64,000 nt of DNA from an uncultured Acidobacteriota bacterium (GCA_963723965.1 CAVRSV010000020.1:10286-74285); one strand, 5' to 3'. Shown: positions 28,808-38,761, counted from the stretch's first letter. Numbers and translations are program-made. Notes: generated from the sequence alone by a model not told the origin.

Positions 28808-29998
28808 ATGTCGGGACCGTTTTGGGGGTGTTTCGTGGTTGAGCCAGCCGATGTGCGAATCCTGATCGTCGACGACGATCCTCTCGTATGTTCTGGTCTT
28901 CAACGTATTCTCAAAGCCGAGAGGTTTCAATGTTCCGTTGCCGACAGCGCGGAGAGCGCCCAGGAAGTGCTGTCGCGCGATGCGATCGACATCGTACTTT
29001 CAGACATTCAGATGCCCGGAGCCTCCGGGCTCGATCTACTCGGCTGGATTCGAGAACAGCGGCGGGACGTGGGCGTTCTGATGATCACCGGACTCAATGA
29101 CCGGGAAACGGCGATCCAGGCTCTACAGATGGGAGCCTTCGGTTACCTCACCAAACCTCTGAACCGGGAGGAACTGCTCATCAACATCTGGAACTCCCTC
29201 GAGCGGCGCCGGCTGAACCTGATAAGTGAACGGTATCAGCGCGAACTGGAGACGGAGGTCCAGCGACGTACCCAGGAACTGCGCGATGCCCAGGAGGAGA
29301 TCGTGGTCCGCCTGATGGAAGCCGTCGAGTGCCGCGACTCGGGCACAGGAGAACACATTCTTCGAACCGGAACGCTGGCAAGTGAAGTGGCACGTGGGCT
29401 CGGTTGGGGCTCGGATGAGGTCGAACTCCTTCGCCTTGCTGCGCCATTGCACGACGTCGGAAAGATCGGCATCCCGGATGACATCCTCCAGAAGCCGGGC
29501 CGGCTGACGGAGGAGGAGTTCGAGGAAATCAAGAAGCACACGACAATCGGCGCGCGGATTCTACAAGGATCCGGCATTCGCGTTCTGCAAATGGCCCGTG
29601 AAATCGCCCTCAATCACCACGAACGATGGGACGGAGCCGGATACCCGAATGGACTCGCCGGTGATGAGATCCCGGAGAGTGCTCGGATTGTGATGATTGT
29701 GGACGTCTACGATGCGCTGACCAGCGATCGCGTCTACCGTCAGCGAATCCCGGAGGAAGAGGCGCTCGAGCTCATGCGGCGTCAACGGGGCTGCCAGTTT
29801 GATCCCAGGGTGTTCGACTGCTTCCTCGAGGTGCGCCTCCGTGTCCCGGCAATTCTCGAGGCGCGGTCGGATCAGGCGTCACCAAACGGGGGCGACGTAT
29901 CGAACTGCGCCGGGGCTTTGTCGTGCGATAGTTTCCCGCTGGAGGTTCAGGGTCACCGCGGCGATAGGACCGGCTCAGAGGGACGAGAGCCGCTCTGA
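28808..29998 (+). CDS. response regulator with HD-GYP domain (RpfG-like c-di-GMP phosphodiesterase)
   Basis: The REC domain is RILIVDDDPLV...DIVLSDIQMPGASGLDLL...LTKP. The HD-GYP motifs are LAAPLHDVGKIGIPD and HHERWDGAGYPNGL. The start may be an internal GTG near 28838. Confidence 0.85.
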   Translation: MSGPFWGCFVVEPADVRILIVDDDPLVCSGLQRILKAERFQCSVADSAESAQEVLSRDAIDIVLSDIQMPGASGLDLLGWIREQRRDVGVLMITGLNDRETAIQALQMGAFGYLTKPLNREELLINIWNSLERRRLNLISERYQRELETEVQRRTQELRDAQEEIVVRLMEAVECRDSGTGEHILRTGTLASEVARGLGWGSDEVELLRLAAPLHDVGKIGIPDDILQKPGRLTEEEFEEIKKHTTIGARILQGSGIRVLQMAREIALNHHERWDGAGYPNGLAGDEIPESARIVMIVDVYDALTSDRVYRQRIPEEEALELMRRQRGCQFDPRVFDCFLEVRLRVPAILEARSDQASPNGGDVSNCAGALSCDSFPLEVQGHRGDRTGSEGREPL

Positions 29999-31144
29999 CC
30001 GTTCCGCTACCTTGATCAGGACCCGGATGGGCTGATCGACACCGACGGTCTCTGCGAATCCCCGCAGCCTGGCCAAAAGCGCACCGGAAATGGTCCTTCC
30101 GCGAGTCGCGAGGAGCACTCCGTTCTGTGCACTCAAATCTTGATCGAGGGTCATACCGGGGGCCAGTTCCCGGATGCTTAGATTCTTGACCACATTGGTC
30201 GATTCGTCGATTTCGAGTGAACGGAACCGATCCAGCAACTTCGGGTTGTAGGTCCCCGGTTTCTTCGCCAGTTTTTCCACTGCTGCCGAGAATGAAAGGC
30301 CGCCGGCGAGGAGAAGATCCGAGTCGATCGCAATGCGGAGGAGTTGGGAACCCAACAGGCGACGTTTCTCGCGATCCGACAGTTCGGTCGCGGCCGGCAT
30401 CGCTGAAAAGTCCTCCGTCTGTCCTCGAATGATCTCTGCTACGAGTTCCATTCGAGGAATCTTCTCCAACAGACCGGCCGCGACGCCGGGGTGTTCCCGA
30501 AACAGTGTCTGTTCACGGGGATCCATCGGTTGCCCGGCATACCCCTTGGAAACCGTTTGCGTCGGCAAAGCAAGACAGCCCACCTGGGAAAGCAGGGCGG
30601 AAACCTCGAACTCCCAGGGATCCACAGGAGCGAGATCCTGGACGACAGCACCCACCAAACGGGAGACGCGACTGGTGTGACTAAACGCTTCAGGGTTCAC
30701 CAGGCTCAGAATCTCCACCAGCACCCGGACCGATTCCTTGAGTGTACGTTCCAGCAAATCTCGCTCTGCGAGGACGAGCTGGTACTGACGAATGCCCTCT
30801 CGGACGGCCTGGACCATCGTCTCGGACGGACAGGGCTTGGTCAGGAAACGAAAAATGTGTCCGTCGTTGACCGCCCGAATCGCCGACTCGAGATCGGCGT
30901 GTCCGGTCAGGATCATCCGAACGGTGTCTGGATTGTGCTCCCGAATCCAACCCAGGAATTCGAGGCCGTCGACACCGGGCATGCGCATGTCGCTGACGAC
31001 CACGGCGAAGGGGCCTCGGTCCTCGACAACTTCCATCGCGGCAGCGCCGCCGAGTGCTGATTCAACCTCAAAAGCTCTCCTCAACTGCCGTTGCAGCCCA
31101 CTCAATACATTGAGCTCATCATCGACGATCAGGATTCTCTCCAT
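29975..31144 (-). CDS. response regulator with degenerate HD-GYP-related output domain
   Basis: The REC domain is MERILIVDDE...VVSDMRMPGVDGLEFL...LTKP. The C-terminal helical domain is of the RpfG type but I could not find HD or GYP motifs. Its 3-prime end overlaps the convergent gene by 24 bp. Confidence 0.75.
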   Translation of the reverse strand: MERILIVDDELNVLSGLQRQLRRAFEVESALGGAAAMEVVEDRGPFAVVVSDMRMPGVDGLEFLGWIREHNPDTVRMILTGHADLESAIRAVNDGHIFRFLTKPCPSETMVQAVREGIRQYQLVLAERDLLERTLKESVRVLVEILSLVNPEAFSHTSRVSRLVGAVVQDLAPVDPWEFEVSALLSQVGCLALPTQTVSKGYAGQPMDPREQTLFREHPGVAAGLLEKIPRMELVAEIIRGQTEDFSAMPAATELSDREKRRLLGSQLLRIAIDSDLLLAGGLSFSAAVEKLAKKPGTYNPKLLDRFRSLEIDESTNVVKNLSIRELAPGMTLDQDLSAQNGVLLATRGRTISGALLARLRGFAETVGVDQPIRVLIKVAERSERLSSL

Positions 31145-33258
31145 GTGGAGTCACCTCCCTTCTGCAGTTCGCCATCGGCGGACGAATCCCCGGCCGCCGG
31201 GCTGAAAGGAAGTTGGATGATAAAGGTCGTTCCACGCCCGGGCTCGGATTCGCATCGGAGTTTGCCTCCGTGCCTTTCCACGATGATCGACCGGGAAATC
31301 GCCAGGCCCTGGCCGGTGCCCTGACCGACTTCTTTCGTCGTAAAGAACGGATCGAAGATCCGGGGAAGCACTTTATCCGGAATCCCGGTCCCCGTGTCCG
31401 CGACACGGACCTCGGCCATCTCACCGTTGGACGCGGTCGTTACCGTGATCACCCCCAGGTTCTTGCTCCCTTCGTTGGCGGATCGAATGGCGTGAGCAGC
31501 GTTCACGACGATATTGAGGAACGCCTGGTTGAACTCACTCGCACGGCACGGAACCAGAGTGAGGTCGGGGTCGAGGTCGAGCTTGACTTCCGCCACGTAT
31601 TTCCACTCGTTTCGGGCCACGGTCAGCGTGCTTTCTACTAGCCTGTTCAGGTCGGAAGGTACTGCTTCTCCTCCTCCGGGGTGGGAGAAGTCCTTCATGG
31701 CCGATACAATTCTCGTAATTCGGTCCACGCCATGCAAGCTTTCCTCGATGCTGGTCGGGAACTCAGAGAGGAGGAACTCAAGGTCGGCCTTCTCGACCTG
31801 ATCGTCGAGAGACTGGAGCTGCTCTCCGAGCTCCGGGACTTTGAGAGCTGCCTTGCGGAACCCCCGAACCGGCTCCACGAGACCTGTCAACGCGGCCGCA
31901 ACGTCCTTCATGAACCTCAAGTTGTCACCGATGAATTGCGTGGGGGTGTTGATCTCGTGGGCGATTCCGGCAGCCAGCTGGCCGATGGACGTCAGCTTTT
32001 GCGCCTGCAGGAGATCTTCTTGCAGCTTCCTGCGTTTCGTAATGTCCGACGCCAAGAGCAGAAAGCCAGGCTGTCCTTCAAGAGCGTCCGAGACCGGACT
32101 GATCGAGACCTCGAGAAAGGCCCCGGTGCCTTTCTTTTCGAAACGCAGGATATTGATAGTTACAGGCTTGAGTCTCTCCCGGCAGTCCCGGATACCCTCC
32201 TGCACAGCAGACCAATCCCACCCGATTGGGCATTCCTCCAGTCGATGTCGTACCGCCCTTTCGCGTTCGATTCCAAAAGTCTCTTCGGCAGCGGCGTTCC
32301 AGAACTCGATCTGGCCATCCCATGTCGAGCTGATCAGAACGGATGGGATCGCTGTCAGGAGCTGAGTCGTGGTGGTATGCGCTCGTTGAACCTCGAGTTC
32401 GAATGTCTTCCTGCTTGTGATGTCGATCTGACACCCCAGCATGCGCGAGGGCCGCTCGGCCACTGAAGCGAAGGCCTGACAGGTCAAGAGCAGCCACCGA
32501 TAGCTGCCGTTGGTGTGCAGGAAGCGAAACTCCCGGCGGAATCCCGTTGTTTCTCCCCTCAGATGGGCCTCGAGGGCCTGAAGTGTCGGACCGCGATCCT
32601 CCGGGTGAAGACGTTCTTTCCACTGGTCGGCCGCGAGGGTATCCCCGTTCAGTGGCCCAATCTGCTTCTCAAAGCCTGAAGACAGTTGGATGCAGCCGGA
32701 ATCTAGGTCCCAGTCCCAACTCACGATCTGCGCTGATTTCAAAGCAAGGGAAAATCGAAGAGTGGTCTCCCTCAGTTTCGTCTCGGTTTCGACTTGCTCG
32801 GTCACATCACGGGATATCCCGAAGAGCCCCACGATGTTTCCACGCTGATCTTTCCACGGAACCTTCGTGGTCGAGACCCACAGTGTCTGTCCATCTTTTT
32901 TCGCTTCGATCTCGACCAGATTCTCGATCACTGCTCCGCGTACCACTCGGAGATCGTCGTCGAACTTCAGGGCCGCCACCTCGGGGAGGAACAGATCGTG
33001 ATCGGTCTTTCCCAACATCTCCTCGGGGGTATAGCCATGCTGCTCCGCCATCGCTCTGCTGACGCAGACGAATCGGGCTTTCCTGTCTTTGAAGTAGATC
33101 TTGTCTGTCATATGTTCCAGTAGGGTGCGGAACATTTGGAGTTGCCAGACCTCAGGCGCATCCTGATTCCCATCCGTTGCCCGGGTCGGAAGGACGGCTT
33201 CTCGGCTCGAGGCATCGTCGCGTTGAATGCTTTTTTGGCTGGAGTCGAATGGGCTCAT
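31129..33258 (-). CDS. multi-PAS sensor histidine kinase
   Basis: 709 aa with several PAS-like segments. The H-box is AAGIAHEINTP. The HATPase N/G boxes are NIVVNAAHAI and DTGTGIP...GTGQGLAISRSIIVERHGG. Overlaps both neighbouring genes. Confidence 0.9.
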   Translation of the reverse strand: MSPFDSSQKSIQRDDASSREAVLPTRATDGNQDAPEVWQLQMFRTLLEHMTDKIYFKDRKARFVCVSRAMAEQHGYTPEEMLGKTDHDLFLPEVAALKFDDDLRVVRGAVIENLVEIEAKKDGQTLWVSTTKVPWKDQRGNIVGLFGISRDVTEQVETETKLRETTLRFSLALKSAQIVSWDWDLDSGCIQLSSGFEKQIGPLNGDTLAADQWKERLHPEDRGPTLQALEAHLRGETTGFRREFRFLHTNGSYRWLLLTCQAFASVAERPSRMLGCQIDITSRKTFELEVQRAHTTTTQLLTAIPSVLISSTWDGQIEFWNAAAEETFGIERERAVRHRLEECPIGWDWSAVQEGIRDCRERLKPVTINILRFEKKGTGAFLEVSISPVSDALEGQPGFLLLASDITKRRKLQEDLLQAQKLTSIGQLAAGIAHEINTPTQFIGDNLRFMKDVAAALTGLVEPVRGFRKAALKVPELGEQLQSLDDQVEKADLEFLLSEFPTSIEESLHGVDRITRIVSAMKDFSHPGGGEAVPSDLNRLVESTLTVARNEWKYVAEVKLDLDPDLTLVPCRASEFNQAFLNIVVNAAHAIRSANEGSKNLGVITVTTASNGEMAEVRVADTGTGIPDKVLPRIFDPFFTTKEVGQGTGQGLAISRSIIVERHGGKLRCESEPGRGTTFIIQLPFSPAAGDSSADGELQKGGDSTWRES

Positions 33259-34529
33259 GATCGCTGGTCCTCCGCAAGTGCTTTTTCGCCATCGGCAGTC
33301 GACACCTCGAACAGTTCCTTCGCAATCTTCCTCCAGCGGTTGATCTGCAGTTCGGCCTGTGTCCCGTCGTCCTGCGCCGGAAACACTTCCGAGACAACCG
33401 CTACGGGATTCCCCGATTGGTAGCCGAATTCTGCGGCTAGAGCGTCGGAGGCGTGAACGAGCAGGATCAGGTCTCTTCCTTCCTTGTCCGGTGCCGACTC
33501 CGGGTCATGGTGCCAGCGGATCGTTTCCACGAGGTCCAACGGAAGTCCCCACAGCCCCAGCAGAAACGCTCCAATGGCCGGATGACCGGTGCCCCAGCGG
33601 CGTTCTTCAGCGGCATTAATGGAGATCCGTTCGGTCTTGGCCTGTGCGACGACGATGCGGTATTCGTTCGGATCGTAGGCTCCAAGTATGAGTTTGCCGA
33701 TATCGTGGAGGAGGCCGGTTGTGTAGGCGCGTTCGTGCAGTTCCCGGTTCCGAGGCCATTCCTGCTCCGCCAAACGGCGCGCAAGCTGAGCACAGGCCAG
33801 ACTGTGGTGCCAAAGCGCAGTCCCGGCGACACCTCCGAGGCCTGCTTCCTCGAACTGCGAGAAGATCTCAACAGAAAGGACCAGCGCGCGGGTGACATCC
33901 AGACCCAGTAGACACACGGCCCGGGTGACGTCATCGATCTGCTTTGGCAGTCCGAAGAATGCTGAGTTCACGAGTTGAAGGATCTTTGCTGCCATCCCAG
34001 GGTCTTGGGAGATGATCTCCCCCACTCTCTGAAGGGACGGCTCTTCGTTCTGCAGTTCCCGTGCGACCTGCATGTGCAACGACGGAACAGCCGGCAACGT
34101 CCGGATGCGGCCGACCAGCGCCTGCAGCCCCGGGTTGCTGTCCAGGAGGTTTTTGACGAAGAGAGCCCTTTGAATCGTCGCCTTCAAGCTCTCGGGGGTG
34201 CACGGCTTCGCCAGAAACTGGTGGGCCAGACCGACTGATCGCAAGACCATCTCAGGGGCGGTCGAGCCGGAGAGAATGATTCTCACGCAGTCCGGATGTT
34301 TGCTGCGCAGATACTCGAGCAATTGGACGCCGTCTGCTCGAGGCATCCGAAGATCGGTGATGACGACGTCGACCGTACAATCCTCGAGAACCTTGACGGC
34401 TTCGTCGCAGCTTTTCGAAAAGAGAAGCTCCCATTCACTACGCTCAGTCCAGAGCGTCCGCTTTAAGCCTCCAAGGACCTCAGGCTGGTCGTCGACGAAC
34501 AGGATCAATCGCCTCGACTCTGCGTTCAC
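33255..34529 (-). CDS. response regulator with HDOD domain
   Basis: The REC domain is LILFVDDQPEVL...VITDLRMPRADGVQLL...LAKP. The HDOD signature is LPAVPSLHMQVAREL...ISQDPGMAAKILQLVNSAFFGLPKQIDDVTRAVCLLGLD...GLLHDIGKL. Confidence 0.85.
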   Translation of the reverse strand: MNAESRRLILFVDDQPEVLGGLKRTLWTERSEWELLFSKSCDEAVKVLEDCTVDVVITDLRMPRADGVQLLEYLRSKHPDCVRIILSGSTAPEMVLRSVGLAHQFLAKPCTPESLKATIQRALFVKNLLDSNPGLQALVGRIRTLPAVPSLHMQVARELQNEEPSLQRVGEIISQDPGMAAKILQLVNSAFFGLPKQIDDVTRAVCLLGLDVTRALVLSVEIFSQFEEAGLGGVAGTALWHHSLACAQLARRLAEQEWPRNRELHERAYTTGLLHDIGKLILGAYDPNEYRIVVAQAKTERISINAAEERRWGTGHPAIGAFLLGLWGLPLDLVETIRWHHDPESAPDKEGRDLILLVHASDALAAEFGYQSGNPVAVVSEVFPAQDDGTQAELQINRWRKIAKELFEVSTADGEKALAEDQRS

Positions 34530-34945
34530 GTGTTCCTCCGCCGGCAGCGCCGATTTCCCGGGTTCGATGACCGACGAGCGTCACGCTATTCGAAGGAAAG
34601 CGCGGTGGCCAACAACAATGCTCGCAAGTCCCGTTCCGGGAATGATTCGCCCGATGTTATGTCAGGTCTCACGTCTGCTCTCCGAGGTCTCGCGTCCTCG
34701 ACCGCAAAAAGCTCCGTACCTTCCGAACTCCCACTGGATGTTCACCGCTATCTATCGGAGAAGCGGAGGCAAGTCTTTACCTTAATACGATCTATTGAGT
34801 TTTATGTGTAATTACTTCCTTATTTAGTCATCCAGAGTGTGGGCCGAGAGACAGCAATTGTCGGGAATAGATAAAGAACGCGGAGATACTGGTTGGTATG
34901 TGGATGCGATATACCTACAGTATTTGCTTACTTCGGATGTAATGT

Positions 34946-35227
34946 GTGACGCAAGATACTAATCAGCTGATCCAGTGCGCCGATATCTCGGAGGTGAGCG
35001 ATCTCAGGTCCCAGCTTTGCCGAGAATACCGACAACGCAGCCTGGTGTTCGACACCGAACGCTGGTCTCGGCTGCCGAAGCGGCTCGCCCGTCTGGCTAT
35101 TGAGACAATGCTGGTCTGGGAGAGTAACAGTGCAGAGTCGGACTGGGTCGCGTTCACGGAACTCCAGAAATCGGATATCGAGCAGATGAGACGGGCGGGA
35201 GCCTGGCCGTGGGATTCATCGGTTTGA
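34946..35227 (+). CDS. hypothetical small protein
   Basis: 93-aa ORF downstream of an AT-rich stretch (34790-34830). No similarity recognised and coding status is uncertain. Confidence 0.3.
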   Translation: MTQDTNQLIQCADISEVSDLRSQLCREYRQRSLVFDTERWSRLPKRLARLAIETMLVWESNSAESDWVAFTELQKSDIEQMRRAGAWPWDSSV

Positions 35228-35319
35228 CAGGGCGATGGTCAGGCGCGGCAGACAGGTCGAGCTCAGAAAGAAGGCCAGTCAGTGCCCTGAGAGGGTACTG
35301 TCAACTTAACGATGAAAAG

Positions 35320-35488
35320 GCGAGTCGGGGCCGCCACTCGGTCACCTTCGAGCGGCTCTACAAGGACGGCGATTCGTGGAAAGTCTACTCGGAGCTTCGG
35401 CCGCGACGATCTGCTCGTCCTGGCCAAGGTCGCCGATCTCGCCTACTCACGGATCCTCGAGCTGCAGGAGCAGCCCGAATCCGCCTGA
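35320..35488 (+). pseudogene. small conserved mobile-element protein, copy 2, frameshifted
   Basis: GRHSVTFERLYKDGDSWK is followed by a frame change. Removing one A from the A3 run at 35380-35382 restores WKSTRSFGRDDLLVLAKVADLAYSRILELQEQPESA*. DNA 35331-35524 parallels 16421-16613, including the hairpin. Confidence 0.5.
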
Positions 35489-35614
35489 GTCCTCCCTCCG
35501 GGCCGGCGGCTCCCGTCGCCGGCCTCGTCCGCCATCGGTCACGACCGCGTTCCGGAATTGGGTCCTCTCCCGATTTTCAATCGGCTTCTGTGACGAGAGC
35601 CCCGCAAGACTGCT

Positions 35615-36682
35615 CTACCAGCCATCCTCGAGAAGTGGCTGTTCCACGGACTCCATCCGCGCCTCCCCGTAGACATGCTCCCAGCTGTCTCCACCGTCCA
35701 CTGTCTTCAGCACACTAAACTGGACAGGGTCGTCACCAGTGACAGCCATCCAACCCACCCACGGGTCGAGGAAGAACGTTCTGATTTCGAAGACGCCGCC
35801 CGGCTCATAAAACCAGTTCCGGCAAGTCCAATCCTCTCCGCCGTCGGTGGTTCGACAAAGACCGAAATAGTGATCCAGGTACTCCCTACCGATCCCTGTG
35901 ATGTCCAAATTCCACCAGGACACCCAGCCGTTCAGGCTGTCGATGAAGAACGTGCTGAGCCCGGCTGCGGTTGGCGGCAGGCCGCGGACATCGACTGGTA
36001 CCCACTCAGGGTCATCGTAGCGATACAGAGACGGAGCCGGCTTCGGGACCGATTGGGCCGCAAGCCAAACGACTCCATGGAACAAGTGGAGCCTGGGTTC
36101 GGAAACAGGTGCGACACCAATCTCCTCCCAATCCAAGCCGCCATCGAGAGTCCGCAGGATCCGCAGCGGCCCCCCAGGACCAGATGAGCACGCGATGGCT
36201 GAAGAAGCATTGAGGACGACGAGACTCTGAGGGAACCACCTGCCCAGTGGAACCACCTGGAAGGAGCTGCCTCCATCTCGAGTCTTGGCAAGAAGCGGCG
36301 TGTCTCCCCTGTCCGAGCCCCGGCGAAAGAAGCGCAAGAGAAACCACCCGTCCGACTCACTGAGGATGCTCATGTCCGTGCATCCCCACTCGCCATTGTC
36401 GCGTCGCAGATCCTCGGGGATTTCCTTGACGACTCTCGGAGTCAAATCCACCCACGTCTCCCCTCCGTCCCTTGTGCGAGCCAGGCCGTGTTCGGTGCCG
36501 TAGAACCCGACGTCGTCGTCGACAAACTGTGCCCATGACGCTGCTCTCGTGTCGACATCTCTCGGACGGGGTCGTCGGTCTTCATTATTCCGTAGCGAGA
36601 CGCGATCACGCGTGAGGAGCGGCATCCAATGAGGTTTGTTCGGCGAAGTGCCGGGCAGAACTTCCCGACGGACCTGGAACAT
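35615..36682 (-). CDS. BNR/Asp-box repeat beta-propeller protein (Ycf48/sialidase-like)
   Basis: Five Asp-box motifs are present: TRDGGETW, TRDGGSSF, TLDGGLDW, TTDGGEDW and TVDGGDSW. No obvious signal peptide. Confidence 0.7.
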   Translation of the reverse strand: MFQVRREVLPGTSPNKPHWMPLLTRDRVSLRNNEDRRPRPRDVDTRAASWAQFVDDDVGFYGTEHGLARTRDGGETWVDLTPRVVKEIPEDLRRDNGEWGCTDMSILSESDGWFLLRFFRRGSDRGDTPLLAKTRDGGSSFQVVPLGRWFPQSLVVLNASSAIACSSGPGGPLRILRTLDGGLDWEEIGVAPVSEPRLHLFHGVVWLAAQSVPKPAPSLYRYDDPEWVPVDVRGLPPTAAGLSTFFIDSLNGWVSWWNLDITGIGREYLDHYFGLCRTTDGGEDWTCRNWFYEPGGVFEIRTFFLDPWVGWMAVTGDDPVQFSVLKTVDGGDSWEHVYGEARMESVEQPLLEDGW

Positions 36683-36985
36683 TTAGTCAGCTAATTCGTG
36701 GCTCACGAGGCGCACCATCGAGGGCAGTTGGTCATGCTCGCTTGCCAGTTGGGCCATCGGTTGCCTGCTGATGTGACGAACGGGCTTCGGCATTGGCTCA
36801 GGCGGTCGCAGGAGTAGTCCCGGGTACATGGAGGAGTCCCTCGATGTGACAAGCAGGTAGTTCGTAGTATTCTCGTTGCAGGCTGCTTCATATCTGCGGG
36901 CAAGGCGGCGGCGATTGAGTCGGAAGGGTCAACCGCTGATTGCCGGAAAGTTTGCCCCCCCAACGAGAGAAGGGGGCACACGCAA

Positions 36986-37150
36986 ATGTCGGGAACACCA
37001 CTGCCCTTCGAAGTACTCCGAGAAATCGCCGGGGCGTGGCCTGAAGTGGAGGAAGGAACCACACATCGTGCGCCGTGCTTGAGCTTCCGGGGAAAGCTTC
37101 TGACGTGTTTGGCGGTTCACAGCTCCGCCGGACCACACTCACCCTCTCCC
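36986..37150 (+). pseudogene. MmcQ/YjbR-like protein N-terminal fragment
   Basis: MSGTPLPFEVLREIAGAWPEVEEGTTHRAPCLSFRGKLLTCLAV resembles the YjbR-family N-terminus. Similarity stops where repeat copy B begins, near 37180. Confidence 0.4.
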
Positions 37151-37179
37151 CACAACTCCGAAACCAGCGCCCATGCCCC

Positions 37180-38761
37180 TTCCTTCCCGTCCGCCCTATC
37201 TGAACCCGCCACCCAGGCGCCCATTGCAGGGTCGAATCACCATTTCCGCTCCAATAGACTCACTCCCGGAAAAAGCAATTTCCTATCTGTTCGATCCGGG
37301 AGTGTTTCCGCGTTGTTTCTCAAAACGGATCGCGGAGTGTGCCCGTCCCCGGGGCACGGCAACTGACCCATTGAGACAGGTTCTAATGCGCCAGCAAGGA
37401 AGTGACCAGAAACCCGATGTAGGTCCCGGCGGCGTAGCCAAGCGAGCCCACCAGAATGCCGGGCACGGCAAGATCGTCACGTTCCAAACTGCGAGCCAAG
37501 GCGAGGGCGGAAACGCCGCCGCCAATGTTTGCTTGGGAAGCGACCGAAGCCACCGCCGGATCGACGCGAAAGAGTGCCGCGCCCCCGAACGTGATCAAAG
37601 CGTGCACGACAATGATGGTGGCGACCAAAATGACGAGATGAACTCCGAGTTGTCCCACGCCGGCCAGCGCCCGGACATCACAGAGAGCTCCAATGGCCGC
37701 GAGGAAGACCAGGATCGCAAACCAGCCAATGAGGTAAGCTCCCTTGATTTTGCGAATCAAGGGCACTTGGGCCAGGATCAAGGCGATGGTGGTGAGGATC
37801 AGGATCGACGGAACTTCCATTCCGAACACGGTTCCGGACCAGGCGGCCAGGCGGTCGCTGATCCACACCGATCCCATGCCCAACGCCGTCAAGAGGCCCA
37901 AGCCGGTCGCGGTCATGGTTTCTCCACGCACTTCAATGCGTTCGTCGATTTTGCCGATTTCTTTCCCCGGCAGCCCGTAACGGGATTTCCAGAGCGGCGC
38001 CAACAGGGAGGGCATGGCCACCGTGGCGGCCATCCAAAGCGTGGTGGCCGCGTTATCGACCACGGCCGCGCCGGCGTAGAGGAGCCCGTCGCGAACCACG
38101 CCATAATGCACCGCCACGGCATTGAAGTTGACGCTGCCGCCGATGTAGGTGCCGGTGTACATTCCGGCCAGAGCCGCGCCTTCCTTGCCGAAGACCGCGG
38201 TTCCACCGGTCACGCGCATGCCCAGAAACACGCCCGCGACCGTGCCGGCGGCGCCGAGAGCGAACATGATCAGCATGGGCGCTCCCGCCTTCAGCACACT
38301 GTGCAGGTCCACGTGCAGCAACAGCCAGAAAATGGCCAGAGGAGCCAGCGTGCTGAAGATGGCGTCATAGACGGGCGACCCCTTGGTGACCGAAGGGATC
38401 AAGCCCAGGTTGGCCACGACCGCGGTCAGGACGATGACCAAAAGGGCCGAGCCCAGATGCTTGGCGGCCGTGTTTTGCGCCAGCCATTCGCTCAAGGCCA
38501 CCATCAGGCCCAAGACGGCCATGATCCAAAGGGGATTCGACATGGGGACCGAGATTAAGGGGAAACGCCCGATCGAGGCAAGCGCGGGCCAATCTCATTT
38601 CGGGTGGTAGGTGGTCCCGGCTTCAGCCGGTTGTTGCGGGCCAACGGGCTGAAGCCGGGACACCCAACGAGGGAACATCGAACTGGAACGCGGGTGGTTT
38701 GGTGTCCGCGTTTTGAGCTGTTGGTGGCTGAAAGACAGCCTAAGGAGTACGGAGATACTCG
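37180..38761. repeat. 1.6-kb direct repeat, copy B (DUF819 gene plus flanks)
   Basis: See copy A (21352..22951). Same orientation. Confidence 0.9.
37383..38543 (-). CDS. DUF819-family polytopic membrane protein, copy B
   Basis: 386 aa with 11 substitutions relative to copy A. Four of them lie in the segment YG(R/L)PG(N/K)EIGKID(Q/E)RIEV(Q/R)GE. Confidence 0.75.
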   Translation of the reverse strand: MSNPLWIMAVLGLMVALSEWLAQNTAAKHLGSALLVIVLTAVVANLGLIPSVTKGSPVYDAIFSTLAPLAIFWLLLHVDLHSVLKAGAPMLIMFALGAAGTVAGVFLGMRVTGGTAVFGKEGAALAGMYTGTYIGGSVNFNAVAVHYGVVRDGLLYAGAAVVDNAATTLWMAATVAMPSLLAPLWKSRYGLPGKEIGKIDERIEVRGETMTATGLGLLTALGMGSVWISDRLAAWSGTVFGMEVPSILILTTIALILAQVPLIRKIKGAYLIGWFAILVFLAAIGALCDVRALAGVGQLGVHLVILVATIIVVHALITFGGAALFRVDPAVASVASQANIGGGVSALALARSLERDDLAVPGILVGSLGYAAGTYIGFLVTSLLAH

